Below are positions 53,763-64,000 of a stretch of DNA of 64,000 bases, one piece after another. Source of the stretch: Trichoplax adhaerens (lineage: Eukaryota; Animalia; Placozoa); contig NW_002060959.1 in assembly GCF_000150275.1 (NCBI RefSeq), forward strand, positions 556,371 through 620,370, given 5' to 3'. Made by a program: the position numbers and the translations under genes. Within the stretch, counting starts at the first letter, position 1. Each line of letters opens with the position of its first letter. The notes under the pieces were generated by a model. The model saw nothing but the letters and a program-made list of their open reading frames with translations. It did no database searches and was not told the DNA's origin.

Positions 53763-54338
53763 TGTAAAGTAACTTAGCGTTGTGATTGTAGACTATTAGC
53801 CATGTTTAGCATGATGTACGGTAGTGTCTTTTCTATATTTATCTTATAATATCTTTAGTAGCCTATAATTATAGACCGTAAGCATAGACTCTATGCTAGA
53901 GTACATGTGACTATATATATATATATATCGTGCAGTAAGGTGTTGAGCTAATAATAAGGTTAGAGGTAGAATAACAATTGTAAACCATATATTAGGATAT
54001 GCTTAGTACATTTTACTTTGAGTGGTAGAGATAATTTCTACGAAAATACGATAATCATATCCATATTAGATTAATGATGGTTCGCTGTAAAATAATGTAA
54101 CCAATAATAAGCTGAATATGTGTAAATATGATAGAATCCTACTATGCTAATTGTAGCGGCGAAGGCTACGGAGAGTATAAAAGTAGGAAACATTAGATTA
54201 TCTGATTGTTCTTTCTAGAAGTCTTTCAGTAGTTGTATTCGGCTAGAGTAGAGCTGTGTGTAGCTAGTCTTTGTATTAGATCTAATAAAGTTCTAATTTT
54301 CTACAACTTTAAAATTTTCGTGATCAGATTCTATCACA
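53763..54338 (+). mobile_element. Solo-LTR-like element family B, copy 1 (576 bp)
   Basis: TGT...ACA termini, TATAAAA at 54176, AATAAA at 54284. Flanks ATTGT/CTTGT (4/5 TSD). Highly similar to 60775-61344. Confidence 0.7.
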
Positions 54339-56498
54339 CTTGTTTTCCTCATTGTTAATGAATCTCTGTAGCTATTTAAAAATATGATCATGATACAAGA
54401 ATGATCACCGAAATCAGTAAAAATAATGTCGCTGGAATCATATCTCTATAACGGCATCTATTCCTTCGAAATGTCACCCATAAACAGCGATCAGATTGCC
54501 ATGATTAATACTTAGTAAATTATTTAAGTGCAAAAAGGTGTTAAAAAAAACTACATGAATAGAAGATAATATTATTATCGTTAAGATTAGAACAGGAAGG
54601 CCAAAATAAAGAAAGTGAACATTTTATGAATAAATGCTACATGATTAAGTTTCCATTTGCTGTTAATTTAGCTATAATTAATTTTTCATGGCTACCTTTG
54701 AAGAGCTTATGGCGTCAAAATAATAATTGGAACAGGAAATAGTAATAAAGAAAGATACAAATATTTATCTCTATTGTTGTGATATATAGTAACATATATA
54801 TTCCGCAGCATGCGCTAACTTCTTAAATTTCAACAGATGTTATAGTTTTATGTCACAAGCATCTGACTAGACCGTTACCATTACAAAGATAGACACAACT
54901 GATAGAAATGGTTATTTAATCCATTTTAATCCATTTTGTAACTTTTTGGATACTTTAATATTGTCCAAATCCTAAATTGGCTTAATAATACGTGAAATTT
55001 CTACAAACTGGTTCGTATACAATACTGTTAAATATCACTCTAATGCAATTTAAACACTTAGCTTTCGTTGCTTGCAGTTTGTCGGAATTTTAGAATGATT
55101 CACGGTTTCAGTTATCGGTAGCTAATTTTTCCTAAAAGGTTACTGTAAGTATGCAATTCTAATTAGCTGTTCTATTTCTAGACAAGTTACGGAGTCTAGA
55201 TGAAAAGTTGTGCCGAAACCGGAAGTAGGAAAGTAGAATAACCGTCGACAAATTCTTTTTGTTATAATTGCCTAGTATTATAATTCTTATTATATTTTAT
55301 TAATGTATCTTACGTGAAGTATTACCTGTCTTATAATAAACTGCCCTTGCAATGCTAATTTTGCATTGTTATTTAAATTTTCAGATTACTTGTAAGTCCA
55401 CCTTGCTGCTTATATATATATTATTACATGCAGATCTTGATAGATTTAAGACATCAAAAACATTGCAATATTTGTCATCTAGACATTGAAAATTACACTA
55501 GCACCGTATATTGATGCTAAATTACGATAACATCAATTTCGCAAAAAAATGCAGCAACGATTCTCTCTGATTTCAGGTTAGTTAATTATAAACTGCTATA
55601 TTTATGTCAACTACGAGATTTTGTTAGCATACCATAACGCAACAAACCTGAAGAGCCTTATATGAACAACTGATGAAATTAAAATCCAATACTTCTAACC
55701 CTAAACGCACTATTGTTCAATCTACAAAATTTCGCGATTCTAGTATTACATTCATTTTAAATTATCAAATTCGTACCAATCAAAATGGCTCTTAAGTAAG
55801 GTTGGTAAATATCGTACATCAATATTTACTAACCTTGAACAAAGTTACAGGAAGCTATCATCTCCATTTCTAAATCTAGTCAAGTTTACGCCCCTCAACT
55901 CCCTGCCTAGAATCTGATAATTCAAGTTGCAACAGTCGCATTCATCGGTTACCACGAATTGACTGTGCCATTCCTAGGCGGTATTTTTTATATTCATAAG
56001 AAACTGATCCACTATCAATACGTTACTGTTAAGGAATTCAAGCACAATTTGAAGCTACTCCGAAGGTGAAATTAATCATTCAAACAGTTTTAATCAAATC
56101 TCGCATTTATTGTCGACCTAGTTACGTGAAATAGAATTTTTTTCTGCGTGTATTGAAATGCTACGTCGCAAGGTCCAAATTATTGTGAAGGATATATACA
56201 GTAGTAGCATATTTTACATGATTACTAAGACCATGCGATGTACGATAGCTTTTTGAACAAGGTAGAAAGGAATATTAACACTTTCTATACTAATTTTTAA
56301 ACTAGAAATACTATGAAAGACTACCGTTTTAGTCCCTGATTACAACTACTGCTATAGATAATTGTGCTTTCTTGATTAAAAGACGTAATTGGGCTTTACA
56401 CAGTTAGTTCGTATATCGCACTTCTTAGCACTACACAAGCAATCCCTTATTCACTTTCGCTGCCGCGTTTTATAACATCTGCAGTTTATGTACAACGC

Positions 56499-56915
56499 TG
56501 TAAGACAGTATAATATTGTATTCTAAGTTGATGATATATTTAGTAATGTCTACTGTAGGTATTGTGTTCAACATGTAATAGATATTCTCGTTAGAGGCTT
56601 AAATATTAAATATAGCTAGCTTAGTAACTATAATCTTTTTGAAGAAGAGCGCTACAGTGCTCACACTAGAGCTTCACATGAAAGGTGTAAACTATGCTGT
56701 ATTTGAGATGCTAATACTGAAGTGTGTAGTAAGTAAGGTGCTAAGACTGTAAAAGCGAAAAAGTATATAAGCAAGTAGTTTAGTATAGTAAGATAGTTCT
56801 TTCTCGTTAGAGGTCCTCAGCTAATCGATTACGTTGTATCTTCGTGAAGGAGATTTTGTTCAATAAATCTTAATTTTTCTAAAGTTTTGAAGATCCTTGA
56901 TCTATTAACCTCACA
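56499..56915 (+). mobile_element. Solo-LTR-like element family A (417 bp)
   Basis: TGTAAG...CTCACA imperfect inverted termini, TATATAA at 56764, AATAAA at 56862. Flanks AACGC/AACGT (4/5 TSD). Homologous to 31568-31908. Confidence 0.75.
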
Positions 56916-59900
56916 AACGTGTACCTGTGAAATTTAGTGATTTGACTGATTTCCCTATAAGTTTTCATAATTTATGTCACAGGGCACATTTGTCACAAAT
57001 ATTTTCAATTATAGTAAAAGATATTCATTGTGATATATTTATTAAGAAGATGTTGTTATTCATAAATGCTCTAAGTTGAAATAGGATCGAGAAAACAGCC
57101 CTCGCTAGCTGCGTGAGACTAAATTACTGCATTATAATATTTTGTCAACCATAATTTACTCTTATAAGCTGCAGTGCACAAGTTATAATATTGATATCCT
57201 CATAGATAACGTAAAAATAGCTATATTTTTATGCATATTTATAATATAATTCAATTTATTTACCCGTGAAATCCAGTTATTTTTCTAGCAATATCCCTGA
57301 CTAGTAACGGTAAGCTAAATGCAGTAAAGTCGGAATCATACGGATGTAGCAAAGTCAAGTATTTACAGGAATTTAAGAAGCACCTTCCACATACTTTTGA
57401 GAAATTATACCAATCTGTCAAGAAATTTGATACGCGAGAACAAGTTCATACAGAAAATCTTATTTACAAGATTAACTTTGATCCATCTATATTAAAATCA
57501 ACTGGGGTAAGTGCCACAAACCAGCTTTGCGACAAGGTTTACGTAAGCACAAATTTCTAAATTTCTAAATTTCTCGGGATTCAGTATCCCTTATTTACTC
57601 ACAAATACTAGGGCGCTTTTTCTTTTACGATACAAAATTAGACAACTGATTTTATTCAATGATCTACCGAGCTTAAATGCTTTTCGTTAGAAGTTAAAAT
57701 TGATGAATCATCCGACAACAATACTTATCGATATAGATATTTACTGACTGATTTTATCTGACCGAACTACAGTATGTTCATTCACGAAGTTATCTCAATA
57801 CATTTAATTTCTAGTATTAATCACAATTACAGTTGTAAGAGCTTGTATTGTATTCAATTACTTAACTAGAAATATGTTATAGGACAATATATAATTTGCT
57901 GTAACACATGACAACTTCAGTGATTCCGAATGTAAGTCACTCATTGTAATCATCGTATATAAATGTTAATTCGTTAAGTTTAGTCATTTAATTCTTTACG
58001 GTAGTTCGTACTGAGACAGTAAGATGTAAAGCTACTATGCTACTGGAAGTTGCAATCTGAAGTGCTGTAACTCATATATGCACATAATTTCCATATGCTG
58101 TACCGTAAAGTGTGCCACATCAACAATCAAGGTAGTATTACAGCATGAATATTGCAGAATAATATTAAATAAATATGATAAATCTTCTATGAAGTTATGT
58201 AGAAAACTAGATTATGCTGAGGCCCCGGGTAAATAAAATAGTAGATTAGCGGTGTTTGATACACCCTATTAGTTGTTATGGGCATTACAGACAATTAGTG
58301 GACAATGTTTTTAGACGTTAGTCGTAAAGGTTAAGTGCGACTACATCGCACCTTAGTAAGCCACATCAGCTCGTGTCAATAAATTGCGTTTATTGACCCA
58401 GAATGAACGATGGCTATCATACCTAACTAGTGGTCCTGCAATTGTAGGAGCCTTAATGAACGTAAAATAGAGTAAGGAATAGTATTGGGAAAGTTAAATA
58501 GAATTTCACTTAAATTGATTGGAACTGGGATTTGATAAACATATTTATCAATAATCCTTTCTAAGAATGTATGAAAGGCCAACTTCTTAGAGGAGGAGGG
58601 AGGTAGATAGCCTTGAGCTAGCTGTGTGTGTGTAGTTGCATTATATTAAGTTCTACTACTGTAATATTCAACAATAATATTTTAAGTAATAAGCTACATT
58701 TAGCCGCTACATTGAGGGCTGACTTCGTTGTGTAAATGGATATTATAGGGCTGGAAGTAGTACTTATTACGGGTTAAAACTGAAGATGCGAAATGACTTT
58801 TATTACTGTATTCAAATCATTGCATAGCCTTCTTCCACATGAATTTAAAAGATAATTTATTGCACATTTTTTTAATTTAGCATTTTACTCGAAAACAAAA
58901 CTTACTGCTTGTAAATCTTAGATATGACTTCTCAGAATTAGCTCTAAAAAATTCCAGTTAGGAGGTGTAATCAATAAATAATTAAACCGCTATTTATTAA
59001 TGATCTGTAGCCTCACTAAGTTGAAATTAACAGAAATTAAGTACTGATCGGTTAACGCTTTAATTTGTATATTTGTTATGCTACATTACAGTCAGGAAAC
59101 TGCTAAATATTGATTTTTTGAGTGGTATTTAGTGATCAGACACATCTGGCTACCTACCTCTATACCGTAGTTTAGATATACGTAATGTTCTAGTTGATAC
59201 GCGATTATGCCATGTATCTTAGTCATTGTAGTGTGCATTACATTCAAGTTAGAATTACAACAGGTTGTTTCTATCCTACATCTAAAACGTTTTAATTTTA
59301 TGTCAGTATAACTGTTCTGTTGGTGCCGCTAATTAAATGTCATCATCTTGCTTTTATGTGCATTACTTTTGGAATCTGTCTAGACGCTACCTTCAAATAT
59401 TGAAAATCTAAACATTGACTACCTAAATCATTACGTCAACGCGTCAGTACATAATATTGGAGTTAGTTTGATGAATTTAGGAATCTTACCTCAGCTTATA
59501 ACTGATGAAATACTGCGTGGACGACCTCACAATGGAACTCGTGTTCATCGATTGCGAACAATCTATTTGCAATTTAATCAGCTATTTCATAAGCTAATCC
59601 ACTTTGTAAGTTTGACTTTATCCACGTAAAATTTTAGCACTATGTGATTTGTAATGATGTATGACGGCTGATGCGGAAGTAACCTTTGTAATAAAGTAAT
59701 CAGGTTGTCCAAGTTTTATCATTATCTTAATAAAAGAACGTTAAATTATTGTGCTAACTGAGATTGTAATACCTTCATTAACATCCGTAGATTAGACCAC
59801 GTGAATGCTCTGATAAGGTTGCTAAGGAAGTCATGGCCAGTCTTGAGGTAGTATTATTAATTCTTTGGATACAATTTCAACGAAATAGGTGTAACTTACT

Positions 59901-60774
59901 TAGAGGCATTAACTAATTGATAATCCTCAGTGGCTCATTATTCTCGTTCAGTAAATAAACAGAATAGATTTATTGCTTACATACGAAACTTAATAATCGA
60001 CTGTTGATAGAAACAATTGCAAAAATGGATACGAAAAAGCTATTTTGAATTACATTTTAAATATTTTTAGTGGAAGAAGGACAATATAATCCACGTTAGT
60101 AACCAAAGGAATCATACTTCATTAATTCAGTAAAAGAATTAGTTTCTATATAGACAATAGTTAAGATCTACAGTTTCAAAAAGAAAGCAGAGCAACTTGC
60201 TGGCTGTTTAAGTAAACAATATGATAACAGAAAAAATTGCAGTAGTTAAAAATCCTTCATGTTAAATAATTTACCAGATCATATTATATTCTTATATGAA
60301 CGATGTTTGTTATTACAGTAGTGCTGCATATATAATCGCAAATATACTTTGGGTCATGAATTATCTCTTTCCGTGTTAGGCTAAAAGATGTAGCTTGCAG
60401 CAAAAAATGAAATCGCAATTCAGATCCTTTCAACAGAAAACTTTAATGGCATTCCTAGAAGGTATTGTCAGGGACATCAAGGGCATATTAATGATTGCAG
60501 ATTAAGTTTAAGCAACAACAACGTAAAATAATCCTCAATTGTAGTCTTTTCTATACATATGCACATAATATGTATCAAGAAGCACCTTTAAATAAATCTG
60601 TACCGCAAAGCTTCGAAGAACGGATAAATTCTTGTTATAGCTAAATTGATTTAGCATTTAGTTCTATCGCTATGAGCCTGTCTTCATACTCTGAATAAAA
60701 TCCATTATGATTTCGCTATTAAACTATTCTTATGATTTTGGGATGTACAAATTTCCTACTAAATGAAATATCGT

Positions 60775-61344
60775 TGTAAAGCAACTTAGCGTTGTGATTG
60801 TAGACTATTAACCATATTTAGTATGATGTACGGTAGTGTCTTTTCTATATTTATCTTATAATATCTTTAGTAGCCTATAATTATAGACCGTAAGCATAGA
60901 CTATATGCTAGAGTGCATATGACCATATAAATATCGCGCAGTAAGGTGTTGAGCTAATAATAAGGTTAGAGGTAGAATAACAATTGTAAACCATATATTA
61001 GGACATGCTTAGTACATTTTACTTTGAGTGGTAGGGATAATTTCTACGAAAATACGATAATCATATCCTTGTTGGACTAATGATGGTTCGCTGTAAAATA
61101 TTGTGACTAATAATAAGCTGAATATGTATAAATATGATAGAATCCTACTATGCTAATTGTAGCGGCGAAGGCTACGGAGAGTATAAAAGCAGGAGACATT
61201 AGATTATCTGGTTGTTCTTTCTAGAAGTCTTTCAGAAGTTGTATTCGGCTAGAGTAGAGCTGTGTGTAGCTAGTCTTTGTATTAGATCTAATAAAGTTCT
61301 AATTTTCTACAACTTTAAAATTTTCGTGATTGGATTCTATCACA
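60775..61344 (+). mobile_element. Solo-LTR-like element family B, copy 2 (570 bp)
   Basis: Highly similar direct copy of 53763-54338 with the same TGT...ACA ends. Flanks ATCGT/GTTGT match only 3/5. Confidence 0.7.
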
Positions 61345-63459
61345 GTTGTACACTTGCATCGTACGAAACTCTCATTACTTATTAAATCTGCAATTTTTTT
61401 AGTTAAATATTAGATTTTAATAAGACTTCACCGTGCTGTTTATGATTTAATAATTACCGGTACCTCTAGAATTTCATTAATTTTCTGTAATTTTTTCTGG
61501 CGTTGAAAAACAAAAGTTCTATTTAAAAAAGTGCAAATATTAATCAAGAGTAATTAAATCTTGGTAATTACAAGATAATAGATATTGTAAATCATTAATC
61601 GTATTACTCAAGGTATGATAAAAAAATGTATTTTCGACGAATTACTTGTCTTTGCAAATTTAAAGAAGTTGTCGTAAAATTGATATTATTACTTTCCCCT
61701 TTCAAAAATTTAACTTTTGCGAGGAATTAGGAAAGATGAATATGGTAGTCACTGATATTGAAATTGAAATAAAATAATTTTAGCTGAAGGTTAATCAAAT
61801 CTATAGGTTTATTGGGAAATTGCATTCGGGTTTTGCAAAGAAATGAATAATAAATTATAATAATGAGCAGTCGATCAAATTAAAATTGTCCATTAGATAA
61901 GTAAGGTAAGCGTCTTACTGAATGATAAAATAATAAATTCTTTAATTGCAAAATAGGTGTATACTTTATAGCTGAAATTAACTTCTTTGTATAAATATTC
62001 ATAATAGCTATTCATATTTCCTTCCAAAATAGCTTTCTATAACACTTTAGAATCTCATGTTCGATGAAAAGCTACTGTTTCTTAAACAGATAAAAGGTAA
62101 GTTTTAATAAACCAGACCTGTACCAAGGATTATTGATATTACAAATTAGCTCTTTTTGACCGATAAAATATTATCCCTACGGTAAGATAAACATAATTTG
62201 TCGGTTTATCGATTTAATAAGTATATTAAATGTTAATAATATAAGTATTTATGTATGTGAAATAGAAAATTAATATAAAAGCTACTACGAAAAAATATTC
62301 TATAATAAAGTCAAAAACTTAAGCTATATCGGGTAAATTATAATTAAATACATTGATTAGACTACTAAAATAATTTTTCCAGCAAAATCCCCATTTACGT
62401 GGCAGCAAAAAAAAAATTGATATATAAAATCGTACATTAAATAATTGGCTTATAAACCATTTTAGTAAGGATATTTTAGGGTAAGTGCTTAAATCGGTAT
62501 GACAAATAAAATATTTCTTCATTTCCAAAACTCTAATGAAGTTCTTACCTATATCCAGTGAAAGTACTTCCATAACATTCATGAATAGTCACGTCAATTA
62601 ACGCAAACCATGAGTAAAATGACAACTTTTGACTGGTTAGGTAAGGTACTGCTTTGTTTAGGCTAAATTAGCGGCAATTTCAAAGCGTTTATTTGTCGAA
62701 GTAATTTGTTAGCAAACAACTTTAAAGTAATGTTAGCGATTTCGAACCACATTAACCATTAAATGCAGTCGTTCAAGTTTTCAAATTGAATCAATACTTC
62801 CACAACAATTAACCAATTATTCGTAATTCATTACATAGTCTCTATTAATCCATTATGTGATATAGTAATCATCTTTCGACAACAAAGTTGAATTTCTACT
62901 ACGGAAATATTTCTTTTGCAACATTTTTATTCACTAATTACTGAAGTTACTTAAAGTTATATTGTTGCCTATTCTACTAGTGAAAAGAGCATGGCAATAG
63001 TAATTTTACTTGCTTTAAAAAAATTTAAAATGTCAGATGTTACAATATTTAGAATGATAAATTAACGTTGGTATACCTCGATGGCGAAAAGTTTTTCTGA
63101 AACATGAAGAAAAAAATAACTGTTAGAGTAATAAGTCTAACAATTAAACATAAAATTTCAGCAAACTTGCTTGGATACAATGAGAAACGTGGAAAATAAA
63201 TCATCGATCATAATTATGAAGGTGAATTCACCTTCGAAATGTATAAAGCGATCTGCACGATTGATTCCTAAGGGATTCTAATTTAAACTTGCATATCAGA
63301 ATTTTAGTTACTTATATTTTAGTTTCAATAAAATTCTAATGTAGATATCACTCATTGTAAAGATTTAATTTGAACTTTACCACATTTACTTTTACCTAAT
63401 TTAATTCTCTGTTGGTGTGAATACTTGCAACAACTTAAAGTATTCCTTATTTTCTTTAG

Positions 63460-64000
63460 CAGCTATAAAAGGAAGTAAAAATAATGGTGTTGAATATTAT
63501 AATTATTTAAGAAACTTGACTGGAAACATGGGCCAAGTTGCTGCTAATTGCGGTCTCCTAGATCAACTTACTATTTGCCAGATAGCTACTAGGGGAAATA
63601 TATTTCATCATATTAATGAAGTTAGGCATCACTTTGGCGAATTAATGAGTAACTTATTTCTCTTAGTAAGATTAATATCATTCGTAATTTATTTACATGC
63701 TTCTTATGCCATCCAATCATTTAATCTATTAAAGTTTCTCATCGTACTTATTTTTGCCCGTAAACTTCACGTTGTAGTAGGCACTAGTATAGATATTGTA
63801 GGCAATAAATTACAGTCAAATGTTACAATAACGTCTCTTGCTGCTACGAAATAAATTGAAATCTAGCATTGGATTTGTTGAAAATTAACCAGGTGGCTAC
63901 CTTTCTGGCATTTAGATTAAAGGTCTAAAAAATCCGAAATGCGACGATCAGTCCCATAACATATCCGATACTGCTCTAAATTTAAATTTTAATAAGAAAA
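63460..64000 (+). pseudogene. LRR ectodomain remnant (possibly the start of another LGR-like relic)
   Basis: Follows the acceptor-like ttctttag. Contains LRR-like TSIDIVGNKLQS and, past stops, KGLKNPKCDDQSHNI (decayed GLxxLxxLDLSxN). Confidence 0.35.

Noticed and set aside
59400-62600. Additional hydrophobic minus-strand fragments, possibly 7TM relics
   Set aside because: No diagnostic motifs; AT-rich DNA produces hydrophobic I/L/F-rich translations by chance.
63208-63235. Overlapping perfect palindromes tcataattatga and gaaggtgaattcaccttc
   Set aside because: Single occurrence with no supporting context; cannot assign a function.

Overview
AT-rich (roughly 30% GC) eukaryotic genomic DNA with compact, intron-dense genes. 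This looks like an early-branching animal, most plausibly a placozoan such as Trichoplax; that attribution is an inference. Three conserved housekeeping genes can be spliced together by hand: EXOC4/Sec8 (-, 12170-18990), a sideroflexin (+, 24046-26328) and the ERAD E3 ligase TMEM129 (-, 26920-29324). There is also one intact single-exon 206-aa orphan ORF (-, 7810-8430). Directly upstream of EXOC4 and TMEM129 lie unusual arrays built from TACAG/CTGTA units. They contain a perfect 35-bp hairpin, a hairpin whose loop is inverted between copies, and signs of palindrome correction in both directions. The rest (about 1-7.5 kb and 31-64 kb) has no clearly intact gene. It carries decayed LRR and rhodopsin-class 7TM (LGR-like GPCR) fragments, two families of solo-LTR-like elements with candidate target-site duplications (TSDs), Tc1/mariner-type MITEs, a strongly C-depleted island and one 130-N gap. 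No CRISPR array, rRNA or tRNA was found. All alignments and translations were done by eye.
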